Positions 20,253 through 29,577 of a stretch of 64,000 bases of DNA are shown here, one piece after another. This stretch comes from Candidatus Eiseniibacteriota bacterium (GTDB lineage: Bacteria > Eisenbacteria > RBG-16-71-46 > CAIMUX01 > VGJL01): the NCBI GenBank assembly GCA_963792585.1, contig CAWBWI010000003.1, positions 1,248,001 through 1,312,000 of the forward strand. The letters are read 5' to 3'. The translations under genes were made by a program, and so were the position numbers. The notes below the pieces were generated by a model that saw only the letters and a list, made by a program, of their open reading frames with translations, did not search any database and had not been told where the DNA came from. Numbering within the stretch: the first letter of the stretch is position 1; each line of letters opens with the position of its first letter.

Positions 20253-20671
20253 ATGTCCTGATCGTGGACGACAGCGCCGTCATGCGGAAGGTGATGCTGA
20301 AGACGCTCCGTCTCTCGGGTCTCGCGCTGGGGGAGATGCACGAGGCGGGGAACGGCGTCGAAGGGTTGTCCGTGATCGCCAAGAACCGGATCGACCTCGT
20401 CCTGGTGGATATCAACATGCCGATCATGAACGGGCAGGAGATGATCGAGAACCTGAGGGCCAATCCCGCAACGGAAGGCCTCCCCGTGATCGTCGTCTCG
20501 ACGGATGCAAGCGCGAGCCGGGTGGACATGATGCGGAAGCATGGCGCCCAGTTCGTTCAGAAGCCATTTACCGCCGAAGAGCTTCGCGACAAGGTCTTCG
20601 CCGTGACGGGAGCAAGCCATGACGAACTCGCTGACGAGAGAGCTGTTCAGGGCGACGGCCCTGACTTTTGA
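20243..20671 (+). CDS. cheY: CheY-like single-domain response regulator
   Basis: LIVDDSAVMR, VDINMPIMNG (phospho-Asp), VST, KPF; located in the che operon. Confidence 0.9.
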   Translation: MSLNVLIVDDSAVMRKVMLKTLRLSGLALGEMHEAGNGVEGLSVIAKNRIDLVLVDINMPIMNGQEMIENLRANPATEGLPVIVVSTDASASRVDMMRKHGAQFVQKPFTAEELRDKVFAVTGASHDELADERAVQGDGPDF

Positions 20672-21101
20672 CAGTCTCGCCTTCGCGATTGTCTCCCCGG
20701 AGGTGCCGCCGGCCGACGTGGAGCCCCGTTTGGATGGGGCCGTCCAGGTCGGGTTCCACGGCTCCTTCGGCGGAAGGCTGGTCCTCGGTGTGAGCGGCGG
20801 CATATTGCCCGGCCTCGCGGCGAACATGCTGGGGGATGAGGACTCCATGACGCCACGGGCGCAGTGGGATGCGCTGGGAGAGATGGCCAACGTCATCTGT
20901 GGAAACGTGCTGACGTGGATTGCGGGGAAGGAGAGCACGTTCCTCCTCGATGCTCCAAAGCGCGTTGGGGAGCCGGAGTTGATCGCTCCGCCGGATGTCG
21001 AGACCGCGCGGATTCAACTCGGATTGGAGGAGGGGAGGGCCGATGTCCTCCTCGTCCTGGATCGGGCGCCGGCGCCGGTCGTGGAAGGCCCCAACCCGTG
21101 A
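20619..21101 (+). CDS. cheX: CheX/CheC-family phosphatase
   Basis: FHGSFGGRLVL, LAANMLG, DALGEMANVICGN (ExxN motif). Confidence 0.85.
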   Translation: MTNSLTRELFRATALTFDSLAFAIVSPEVPPADVEPRLDGAVQVGFHGSFGGRLVLGVSGGILPGLAANMLGDEDSMTPRAQWDALGEMANVICGNVLTWIAGKESTFLLDAPKRVGEPELIAPPDVETARIQLGLEEGRADVLLVLDRAPAPVVEGPNP

Positions 21102-22159
21102 TTCGCGTATTGGTCGTCGATGATTCCGCCATCGTGCGGAAGAGCCTGACGGAACAGCTGAGCAAGCACGCGGATATCGAGGTGATCGGCGCGGCCGTCG
21201 ACCCCTATCACGCGCGCGAGATGATCGCGCAACTCAGGCCGGATGTGCTCACCCTGGATCTCGAAATGCCAAGGATGGACGGCCTCTCGTTCCTGGCCAA
21301 GCTGATGAAGCACTACCCGCTTCCCGTCGTGATCGTCAGTTCCCTGGCCCCGGAGCACAGCGAAACGGCAATCCGGGCATTTGAACTCGGGGCGGTGGAA
21401 GTCATATGCAAGCCGGGAGGCCAGCTGTCCTCGGCGGACATCGGGCGCAAGGTGGCGGAGGCGATCCGGGCGGCGGCAGTCTCTCGCCCGGCGCTGCGTC
21501 TACCGGTACCCGTGCGCAAGGAGCCGGAGGTCGGCGCGGAGCAGTCGACACTGCAACAGACCACAGACAAGGTGATTGCCATCGGAGCCTCGACGGGGGG
21601 GACGAATGCCCTCGAGGTGATACTGACGGATCTTCCGCCTCATCTTCCGGGCATCGTGGTCGTGCAGCACATGCCGGAGCACTTCACGGAAGCCTTTGCC
21701 AATCGGTTGAACACGGTCTGCTCGATGGAAGTGCGGGAGGCCCGCGACGGCGAGTGGATCACGAGGGGGGTCGCCCTGATCGCGCCGGGGAATCACCATC
21801 TTCTGGTGCAGCGAAGCGGCGCCCGCTACGTGGCGCGCGTGAAGGACGGTCCCACGGTGCACCATCAACGCCCGGCCGTCGACGTGCTCTTCGATTCGGT
21901 CGCGGCCGCCGTCGGCCGGAACGCGCTCGGCGTGATCCTGACCGGTATGGGCGCGGACGGGGCGCAGGGGTTGCTCACCATGAAGCAGGCCGGCGCCCAC
22001 ACGCTGGCCCAAGACGAGCAGACGTCCATCGTCTTTGGCATGCCCAAGGAGGCCATCGCCCTGGGCGCGGCGGACGAGGTCGTGCCGCTCCAGATGATGG
22101 CTCCATCGATTTTGCGAGCCTTGAAGCAAATGGAGAAGGAAGAATCCAGGGCAGCTTAG
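21098..22159 (+). CDS. cheB: Chemotaxis response regulator methylesterase CheB
   Basis: Receiver domain (VVDDSA, TLDLEMPRMDG) plus esterase motifs IGASTGG, VQHMP, LTGMGADG. GTG start overlaps the cheX stop. Confidence 0.97.
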   Translation: MIRVLVVDDSAIVRKSLTEQLSKHADIEVIGAAVDPYHAREMIAQLRPDVLTLDLEMPRMDGLSFLAKLMKHYPLPVVIVSSLAPEHSETAIRAFELGAVEVICKPGGQLSSADIGRKVAEAIRAAAVSRPALRLPVPVRKEPEVGAEQSTLQQTTDKVIAIGASTGGTNALEVILTDLPPHLPGIVVVQHMPEHFTEAFANRLNTVCSMEVREARDGEWITRGVALIAPGNHHLLVQRSGARYVARVKDGPTVHHQRPAVDVLFDSVAAAVGRNALGVILTGMGADGAQGLLTMKQAGAHTLAQDEQTSIVFGMPKEAIALGAADEVVPLQMMAPSILRALKQMEKEESRAA

Positions 22160-22207
22160 CGGAGGCGACGCCCGACGCGACGACCGCGCCGGAGGGAGAT
22201 ACTGAGT

Positions 22208-23077
22208 ATGGCGATACCGGCTGACTTGCTGGAAAAGGTCCGGAACCTGGATCCGCTCCCCATCACGATCCAGAAGCTCTATCGGGAATCGGACCGAGAA
22301 CGCCTCTCGATGGCGGATATGGCGACGATCATCGGCCTGGATCAGGCGGTCACCGCCAACATCCTCCGGGCTGCGAATTCCGCCCTCTTCGGGGGGATGA
22401 ACCCGATCACCAACGTGCAGCAAGCCCTCGGCCGACTGGGCATGAACCGGATCCTGAACCTGGTCATAGGGGATCATCTTCGGAACTTGTACGTCGATGC
22501 TCCCCAGTACGATCTGACGGAGAATGACCTGTGGCTGCACGGGGCCGTCGCGTCGCTCGCCGTCGAGGAACTCATCGCCGAGTCGCCGTCCTGCACCATC
22601 CCGGACGACGCAGCCACAGCGGCCGTGCTTCACGACATCGGGAAGCTCATCATCTCTCGCTACACGAAAGTCACCGCCGATCAATTGCGAAGGAAGTGCG
22701 ACGACGAGGATATCAGCTTCGTCGAGGCGGAGCGGAGAGTCTTGGGATTCGATCACGCGGAAGTGGGGGCGGCGGTAGCGCGCAAGTGGTCCTTCTCGGA
22801 GTCACTGATCGACGCCATCCAGCAACATCACCAACCGCACCCCGAGAGTGCCTCGCCGACACTGGATGGGGTGATTCTGGGCAATCTAGTGGCAAAGACG
22901 CTGGGAGCCGGTCTTGGCGCCGAAGGGATGAACTTCGAGCTGGATCCCGGCTGCGCCCGCCGGCAGGGGATCACCTTTGCGCGTTTCTGCCGAGTCTGCG
23001 CGCGAACCGTGGACCGACTCGAAGCGGTCAAGTCGCTCTACGGCATCGGCGGGAATCTGCGCGCGCGGGCGGCGTAG
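22208..23077 (+). CDS. HDOD domain-containing protein
   Basis: LDPLP, DQAVTANILRAANSA, LW.H, AAVLHDIGKL, ERRVLGFDHAEVG...W. Confidence 0.92.
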   Translation: MAIPADLLEKVRNLDPLPITIQKLYRESDRERLSMADMATIIGLDQAVTANILRAANSALFGGMNPITNVQQALGRLGMNRILNLVIGDHLRNLYVDAPQYDLTENDLWLHGAVASLAVEELIAESPSCTIPDDAATAAVLHDIGKLIISRYTKVTADQLRRKCDDEDISFVEAERRVLGFDHAEVGAAVARKWSFSESLIDAIQQHHQPHPESASPTLDGVILGNLVAKTLGAGLGAEGMNFELDPGCARRQGITFARFCRVCARTVDRLEAVKSLYGIGGNLRARAA

Positions 23078-23204
23078 ACCGCCCGCTCCGGCGAAGGCCG
23101 TCGCCCGAAGGGCGGTCCGGGAGAGGGTGTGATGATCTCCCCTTCGGAATCACGGTCGTTTGGAAGTACAATTTGAAGGGCCCTTTTCGGCGGAGGCCCT
23201 CGAC

Positions 23205-24731
23205 ATGCGTCCTTCCCGGTCGGTCCAGCTCTTGCTCGCCTTTGGAATCCTCGTTCTGGCGGCCCCACTCGCGCGCGCAACGATCATCGGACGCGAAACC
23301 CGGCTCCTTCCTTTGGATCCCGGGGAGGGGGACAACACGGGCATCTCGGTGTCGGTTGATGGGGATGTCGCGATCGTCGGATCGGTCTTCCACGACGGTC
23401 CCGGGATCGATGCAGGCGCTGCCTACGTCTATCGATACGGTGGCCTGGGCTGGAGCTTCGAGCAGGAGCTCCGGCCCGCCGACCCGGAGCCGGAGGATCG
23501 CTTCGGCCGAAGCGTCTCCGTCAGCGGCGATGTCGCCGTGATCGGCGCGTATCGGAGTGACGACGCAGGATCCGAGTCCGGCGCGGCGTACATCTACCGC
23601 TTCGACGGCGTGAGCTGGATCCAGGAACAGAAACTCACTGCCTCCGATGCCACGGCCGGCGACCGTTTCGGCTGCGGCGTTTCGATCCGGGGCGACATTG
23701 TGGCCGTTGGCGCCTACCGGGATGGCGATCTCGAACAGGGATCGGCCTACGTCTTTCGCTTCGACGGCGTGCGCTGGGGTGAGGAGCAGAAGCTCACGGC
23801 CGATCAACCGACGGCCTATGACTACTACGGGTTCTGTGTCTCGACGGACGGGGACCGCGTCGCCGTCGGCTGCGAGTGCGACGATGACCGGGGGGTCGAT
23901 TCGGGATCGGCGACTCTCTACCGTCATGACGGTCAGAGTTGGACTCCCGAGGCGAAGCTCACATCGGGCGACGGCGCCCCGGAGGACTACTTCGGCCACT
24001 ACATCTCGCTGAGAGCGGACGCGTGTGTCGTCGGGGCTTACGGCGACGATGGCGCGGGGTCGCAGTCCGGTTCCGCATATGTCTTCCGCCACGACGGCTT
24101 CGGATGGGTCCAGGAGCAGAAGCTCACCGCCTCGGACGCAGCCCCCGGCGACGTCTTTGGTTGGAACGTGTCGATGTGCGGGGATGTCGCGCTGGTCGGC
24201 GCACAATGGAACACCGACGGCGGCGCGCTCCCGGGCGCCTCGTACCTCTTCCGCCGAGCCGGCACGACCTGGATCGAGGAGGCGAAGCTCGCCCCGACCG
24301 ATGCCGCGCCGACGGCCCTGTTCGGATACGCGGGATCGGTCGGTGACCGTCACGTCCTCGTGGGGGCGCCATGGGACTCCGTGGGAGGAGTGGCATCCGG
24401 CGCCGCCTATGCATTCGATCTCATCGATCCCGCGGCTGCGGAGTTTCCTGCCGCGACCGCCCGCCGATTCGAATTGCGCGTCGAACCGAATCCCGCGTCC
24501 TCGATGACGCGAATCGCGTTGACCGACAGGGGGCGCCGCGAATCTGACTTGGTGGCGATCCACGACGTGACCGGGCGTCTCGTGCGGACCCTTCGCCTGA
24601 CGGAAGCTGGACGATCGATCCCGTGGGACGGGACGGACGCGCGGGGCGTGCCGCTGCCTTCAGGGGCGTACTACGCGTGGTTCTGCTCGATGAGAGGCTC
24701 CGCGGGAGCCGTCATCGTCCTCTGCCGATAG
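23205..24731 (+). CDS. Secreted FG-GAP-repeat beta-propeller protein with C-terminal FlgD-Ig-like domain
   Basis: About 7 repeats of KLTASDA..GD.FG.SVS..GD.A.VGA......GAAYVF; C-terminal PNP...IHDVTGRLVRTL...WDGTDARG..LPSGAYY. Confidence 0.9.
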   Translation: MRPSRSVQLLLAFGILVLAAPLARATIIGRETRLLPLDPGEGDNTGISVSVDGDVAIVGSVFHDGPGIDAGAAYVYRYGGLGWSFEQELRPADPEPEDRFGRSVSVSGDVAVIGAYRSDDAGSESGAAYIYRFDGVSWIQEQKLTASDATAGDRFGCGVSIRGDIVAVGAYRDGDLEQGSAYVFRFDGVRWGEEQKLTADQPTAYDYYGFCVSTDGDRVAVGCECDDDRGVDSGSATLYRHDGQSWTPEAKLTSGDGAPEDYFGHYISLRADACVVGAYGDDGAGSQSGSAYVFRHDGFGWVQEQKLTASDAAPGDVFGWNVSMCGDVALVGAQWNTDGGALPGASYLFRRAGTTWIEEAKLAPTDAAPTALFGYAGSVGDRHVLVGAPWDSVGGVASGAAYAFDLIDPAAAEFPAATARRFELRVEPNPASSMTRIALTDRGRRESDLVAIHDVTGRLVRTLRLTEAGRSIPWDGTDARGVPLPSGAYYAWFCSMRGSAGAVIVLCR

Positions 24732-24737
24732 GCCCCG

Positions 24738-25190
24738 CTACTTGCGCCCCGTGGATGGTGGATCGCGGTAGATCGTCCTGACGGATCCCCAGGTTCGCAT
24801 CTCGATGGGCGTCGGGCAGTCGACTCTCGCCCGCAAGCTCGCCTCGAAGATCGGGGGATCGCCGGGCATCTCCACGGCGGTCAGAACATACGGATACTCG
24901 CCGTTCGGAAGGGAAGCCCCTTCGTCATCGAGTCCATCCCAGATGACCGTGTGGTACCCCGCGGGGAGCCGCCCAGCCACCAAGGTCCGGACCACCATCG
25001 TGCTGTCCGGATTCCAGACGGCCAGCGTCGCCTCGACCGTCACAGGCACGGCGAACGCGATCCTCGTCTGCCCGCAGAAAGGATTCGGCTCGTTCTGCTC
25101 GAGGGTGAACTCCGGCGGTGGTTGGGCGAAGGCGTCACCCGTGGACCCGAGCGAAAGGAGCAGCGCGAAGCACAGAGCAAACCAACGCAT
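24738..25190 (-). CDS. Small secreted protein: FlgD-Ig-like domain followed by a TWG tail motif
   Basis: Signal peptide; LEQNEPNPF...VRTLV...GYHTVIWDGLDDEG..LPNGEY; ends TWGSVRTIYRDPPSTGRK. Confidence 0.8.
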   Translation of the reverse strand: MRWFALCFALLLSLGSTGDAFAQPPPEFTLEQNEPNPFCGQTRIAFAVPVTVEATLAVWNPDSTMVVRTLVAGRLPAGYHTVIWDGLDDEGASLPNGEYPYVLTAVEMPGDPPIFEASLRARVDCPTPIEMRTWGSVRTIYRDPPSTGRK

Positions 25191-25353
25191 CGGTCACCTC
25201 CCAGCCTTCCAATTCTACGCCTCTTTGAAGTGGAATCGCAACGAGCCCGGGCCGCGACTCCGGTCTCCAGCCGATCCGGGCAATCGACGTCGATTCGGTG
25301 CTCTATACTCCAACCACGAAACGTGTCCACAGTTCCGTTCAAGGAGGACGCCC

Positions 25354-26277
25354 ATGAACACCGGCTCATCCCGTGCCATCCTTGTGACAGGCGCCAGCAG
25401 CGGCATCGGCAACCACCTGAGCCGCGCTCTGGCCGCAGCCGGGCATCGCGTCTTCGCGACGGCCCGCAAGGAGCGTGACCTCGCGGCGCTGGCCGCCATC
25501 GAGAACGTTGTGCCGCTGCGGCTCGACGTGCGCGACGCGCAGCAGGTGCGGGATGCCGCGGAGACGGTGACCCGGTCCGCCGGCGGACTCTACGGCCTGG
25601 TCAACAACGCCGGGAGCGGGCAGCTCGGTCCCTGCTCCGCTTGGACCGACGAGGAACTCCTCGACATCTTCGATGTGAACGTCTTCGGCCCCTTCCGGAT
25701 GACGAACGCCTTCGTCCGGATGCTGGTGGAATCCAAGGGGCGGGTGGTGAACATCGGCTCGCAGGGCGGAATGATCTCCAAGAAGTACTACGGCCCCTAC
25801 ACGATGACCAAGCATGCGCTCGAAGCCTATACGGTTGCCCTGAGCGACGAGCTGACCCCGTACGGGGTGCGCGTCAGCATCGTCCAGCCGGGTGGAATCG
25901 CGAGTGCCATGGGCGAGAACTCCATGCCGGGAATGCTCGCGCGCTTCGAGCGCGTCGAGCCGCCCTTTCGGGAGGAGGCACAGGCGGTGATCGAGGCCCT
26001 AAACCACCCGTACGAAGCCCCTCACGCGGATGTCGAGGAGTCGGAGACCAACCGCAAACCCTCCTCACCCGAAATCGTCACCCGCGCCGTCATGGACGCT
26101 CTGTTCTCCGATCAGCCGAAGCTGCGTTACATGGTGGGCACCAGGTGGGAAGGCGACCGGGTCCTCCATGCCTTGGTCGAGAAGCTCCTGGATGAGAATG
26201 ACAGCCCATCGCACAACTACACGGAAACCGAGCTGATCGCGTTGCTGACCCGGAAGATCGCCGAGAGGCGCGGGTAG
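25354..26277 (+). CDS. SDR-family NAD(P)-dependent oxidoreductase
   Basis: ILVTGASSGIG, LVNNAG, NIGS, catalytic YTMTK. Confidence 0.93.
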   Translation: MNTGSSRAILVTGASSGIGNHLSRALAAAGHRVFATARKERDLAALAAIENVVPLRLDVRDAQQVRDAAETVTRSAGGLYGLVNNAGSGQLGPCSAWTDEELLDIFDVNVFGPFRMTNAFVRMLVESKGRVVNIGSQGGMISKKYYGPYTMTKHALEAYTVALSDELTPYGVRVSIVQPGGIASAMGENSMPGMLARFERVEPPFREEAQAVIEALNHPYEAPHADVEESETNRKPSSPEIVTRAVMDALFSDQPKLRYMVGTRWEGDRVLHALVEKLLDENDSPSHNYTETELIALLTRKIAERRG

Positions 26278-26394
26278 CGTCCTCTTCCGCGCGACCGGCT
26301 GACTCCCGTCTTCCGCCCGGAGTATGACCTATGTCACTGCGCGTGCCCGGGTCCTCCCATAGACTGCCCCATTGAACCATGGGAGGACGGGAAC

Positions 26395-27645
26395 ATGAGC
26401 GAACTGATCGACAACGCGAGGCGACGGAAGGATCTGCTGAAGCACATGATCCTTCAGCTGCACGAAGGGCATGCGCCGGAGCAGGTCCGCACGCAACTGA
26501 CGCGTATGCTGGGCCAGGTTCCATACGGCGACGTGGTCGAGGTCGAGCAGGAACTGATCGAAGAAGGACTGCCGTCCGAGGAGATCTTGCGTCTGTGCGA
26601 TCTCCACCACGCGGCGCTCGAGGGATCGATCGATCTGAGTCATGCGCGAACGGCTCCGCCGGGGCATCCGGTCCACACTTTCCAGCAAGAGAATCGCGCC
26701 CTCGAGTGGGAGATCAAGGAACTTGGAAAACTCTGCGCCGAAGTCATCGCCCTTCCTGACGATGCGGGGGCGAGCGAGCTGATGGGGTCGGTCCGCGGAA
26801 GGTTCAACAACCTGATGGATGTGGAGAAGCACTATCTCCGGAAGGAGAACCTCCTCTTCCCATATCTGGAGAAGAAGGGGATCACGGGTCCGCCAAAGGT
26901 CATGTGGGGCAAGCACGATGAGACGCGTGCCATGCTGAAAGGGGCGATGAGCGCGTTGACGGCAGTCGACCAATTCACTGCGGGGGAGGCACGGGGCGTC
27001 ATCCAAATCCTGGCCGAACCGGGCTTTCGATCCGTATCCGAGATGATCGACAAGGAGGAGCAGATCCTCCTTCCCATGTGCCTCGACACGCTGACCGAGG
27101 CCGAATGGTACGCCATTTCCCGGCAGAGTCCGGAGATCGGTTTCTGCCTGTACGATCCGTCGGAGGACTGGATTCCCGAGGGAATCGGGACGGAGGCGGA
27201 ATCGCCGGACAAGGCCGGGCGGGTGCAACTTCCCTCCGGCAGCATGACGCCGGTCGAGCTGGCGGCGATTCTGAACGCGATCCCCTTCGACCTCACCTTC
27301 GTCGATCGTGATGACACGGTCCGTTACTTCACTCAGGGACGTGAAAGAATCTTCTCGCGCAGCCGGGCGATCCTCGGCCGTCAGGTCCAATACTGCCATC
27401 CTCCAGGAAGCGTGCACATCGTCCAGCAGATCCTCGACGACTTTCGATCTTCGGCGCACGATCGTGCCGCCTTCTGGATCACGATGAAGGAGCGATTCGT
27501 CCACATCGAGTATTTCGCGCTGCGTGACCCGAAGGGAGACTATCTCGGTTGCCTCGAGGTGAGCCAGGACCTGACCGAGAAGCGCGCTTTGACGGGGGAG
27601 CAGCGGCTGCTCTCCTACGCCGACTCGGGGGTGGATCATGCCTGA
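26395..27645 (+). CDS. DUF438 / hemerythrin-like / PAS-domain protein
   Basis: LKHMILQLHEG, EQELIEEG...LCDLH, GHPVHTFQQEN, HYLRKENLLFPYLE, VMWGKHDE, and PAS region DLTFVDRDDTVRYF...QYCHPP.S. Confidence 0.9.
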   Translation: MSELIDNARRRKDLLKHMILQLHEGHAPEQVRTQLTRMLGQVPYGDVVEVEQELIEEGLPSEEILRLCDLHHAALEGSIDLSHARTAPPGHPVHTFQQENRALEWEIKELGKLCAEVIALPDDAGASELMGSVRGRFNNLMDVEKHYLRKENLLFPYLEKKGITGPPKVMWGKHDETRAMLKGAMSALTAVDQFTAGEARGVIQILAEPGFRSVSEMIDKEEQILLPMCLDTLTEAEWYAISRQSPEIGFCLYDPSEDWIPEGIGTEAESPDKAGRVQLPSGSMTPVELAAILNAIPFDLTFVDRDDTVRYFTQGRERIFSRSRAILGRQVQYCHPPGSVHIVQQILDDFRSSAHDRAAFWITMKERFVHIEYFALRDPKGDYLGCLEVSQDLTEKRALTGEQRLLSYADSGVDHA

Positions 27646-27955
27646 TGCGAGAGCCATGGGACCCATCACCCCGGACACGAAAGTCGGCGATCCAGTCGAT
27701 GACCGCGCTCCCGATTGGACGCAAGACGAGACGGTCGCGAAGTCCTTCGACGCCCGGGGAGTGATCGAATCGGGTGGGCATCCGATGGAGCGGGTCATGA
27801 AGGATCTCGCCGGACTGACGGCCGGAAATGTGTATGAGCTTGTGACGCCTTTCGTGCCGGCGCCCCTCGTTGATCTCGCACGGGCGAAGGGGTTCGAGGG
27901 TTACAGCTACAAAGATAGCCCGGGTGTCGTCCGCACCCGGTTCCGGCGATCCTGA
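27638..27955 (+). CDS. Small partner of the DUF438 gene (DUF2249-like C-terminal domain; DUF1858 region apparently deleted)
   Basis: ITPDTKVGD joined almost directly to PDW...DARGVIESGGHP...ELVTPFVPAPLVD. Overlaps the upstream stop. Confidence 0.6.
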   Translation: MPDARAMGPITPDTKVGDPVDDRAPDWTQDETVAKSFDARGVIESGGHPMERVMKDLAGLTAGNVYELVTPFVPAPLVDLARAKGFEGYSYKDSPGVVRTRFRRS

Positions 27956-28227
27956 TCGGAGCGGGCTGGGGCGGAACGCCATGGGGGAGTCGATCCACTT
28001 GGGTGCACACGGCCCCCGTGCTGTGTGGATGCGCAATGCGTCCTTTCCGTTGCTTTGAGATCGCCGAGTCGACAGAAATGGCGCGAATGGGCGTTGAACA
28101 TCGGTAGGGCAAGGCGTTACACGCGACCGCGCGCGCGGAAGTCATCGCATCGAGCATTGGCGCTGTACGGTAAGGAGGAAGATACGCGGGAAATCGGATG
28201 CGCGGCAGCGCGCCGACGCACGGGTGC

Positions 28228-28256
28228 TTGACTGCCGGCCGGCAACGTCGTTTAAT
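28228..28256 (+). promoter_or_regulatory. Putative sigma70 promoter
   Basis: TTGACT-N17-TTTAAT, about 155 nt upstream of ATG 28412. Confidence 0.5.
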
Positions 28257-28411
28257 CTCTCCGCTGGTTCTGGGTCCCTCACAGAGATGCGCGGCCAAGC
28301 TCGGACCGCGTGGCGCGACCCGGAGTCCGCATGGATGTTCCTTGGTCGAATCCGATGGCCGCGCGATCCAAGGACAGCAGTCGGCGCACCCGCCCACCTC
28401 AGGAGGTGTCT

Positions 28412-29374
28412 ATGCAGAGATTTGTTAGAGGAGTCGCCGCGCTCGCATGTTTGGGGATTCTGGTCTTGCCCCAAATTGCGGTTGCCCAGTACTCACAGGA
28501 CTTCGAAGGGCTGAGTGGATCAGCCGCCGGCGTGGTCCTGACCGGGCAGGATGGCTACTACCTTCCCGGTGGAGTTACGAATACCGACTTTCTGTGCTAC
28601 ACATACGCGGGAAACGCCCTCGGAATCGTCCAGAATCCCGAGGGGGGCGCCCAGTTCATCGGTGGCACAGGCCCCGGTGATGGCGTCACGTACGCCCGCG
28701 CGGAACGCGGCGTGAATCTCGGCCCAGGCCGCTGGGAACTCTGGTACGACTTCTGCGGGATCTACACCGGGGCCCCTCCGGGATCGAACAATCTCGGGAG
28801 CTTCTCCTTGCGCCAGGCCTCCGCGAACACCGTGCACATCAACCTCTTCACATGGGTCGACCCCAACAACCCCACGGCGATCAACTCGACCTACGTAGCG
28901 TATGACGCGGGCGGCACCCAGTTCCCGATCCCGGGAACCCCGCCGGGGCCGGAGTGGGCGAATCTCATGCCCAACCACTGGTATCGCTGCCGGACCGTCG
29001 TGGACCTCGACGCGAATACGATCGTTGAGGTCGGGATCCGCGATCTATCAGGTGGCGGTGAGGCCGTGTACATCCCTACCGGCTGGTATCTCATCGGAGG
29101 GGCCGGGGGTTTTGCTCCGCCTGATGGAATCCGGTTCTTCGGCGGCGGTGGGACGCAGGGGAACACCACGTGTTGGGACAACGCGATCGTCCGCGAGGCA
29201 GTCAGCGTCCCTCAGGGCGCCTGCTGTCTGCCCGGCGGCGGTTGCCTGATCACTACAGAGGCTGATTGCCAGGGCGAGTACCAGGGTGATGACTCCGTCT
29301 GCGATCCGAATCCGTGCGAACCGTCGCCGGTTCAGCGGATCACCTGGGGCGCTCTGAAGAACCAGTACCGCTAG
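28412..29374 (+). CDS. Secreted hypothetical protein with Cys-rich linker and C-terminal TWGALKNQYR tail
   Basis: AGGAGGT RBS; signal peptide; beta-rich body; GACCLPGGGC...C...YQGDDSVCDPNPC; terminal TWGALKNQYR. Confidence 0.82.
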   Translation: MQRFVRGVAALACLGILVLPQIAVAQYSQDFEGLSGSAAGVVLTGQDGYYLPGGVTNTDFLCYTYAGNALGIVQNPEGGAQFIGGTGPGDGVTYARAERGVNLGPGRWELWYDFCGIYTGAPPGSNNLGSFSLRQASANTVHINLFTWVDPNNPTAINSTYVAYDAGGTQFPIPGTPPGPEWANLMPNHWYRCRTVVDLDANTIVEVGIRDLSGGGEAVYIPTGWYLIGGAGGFAPPDGIRFFGGGGTQGNTTCWDNAIVREAVSVPQGACCLPGGGCLITTEADCQGEYQGDDSVCDPNPCEPSPVQRITWGALKNQYR

Positions 29375-29405
29375 TTCCGACCGAATCAACCCATCGACCG
29401 ATCCG

Positions 29406-29434
29406 GGAGCCCGGGGCGACGAGCCTCGGGCTCC
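29406..29434. terminator. GC-rich hairpin between convergent genes (possible terminator)
   Basis: GGAGCCCGGGGC-GACGA-GCCTCGGGCTCC stem-loop; weak U-tract. Confidence 0.4.
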
Positions 29435-29577
29435 TGTCTGAGAGGCTTCCATCGACTGCGCCCCTGTGTGAATGCCGTTCCTCCCCGCACTGGACGGAAG
29501 AAAGGAAGAGGCGATCCTCTTCACCTGGAAGAAGATCGCCCCACTGAATCAGAGGCTTGACCTAGGGTCGTTCCATA

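Noticed and set aside
20619..20671. 53-nt overlap of cheY and cheX
   Set aside because: Both proteins look complete. A short run-on tail in a coupled operon is sufficient explanation, with no sign of recoding.
23300..24420. Periodic DNA similarity (e.g. GAGCAGAAGCTCAC recurring) that might suggest a CRISPR or tandem array
   Set aside because: The periodicity comes from in-frame FG-GAP protein repeats. There are no identical direct repeats with unique spacers.
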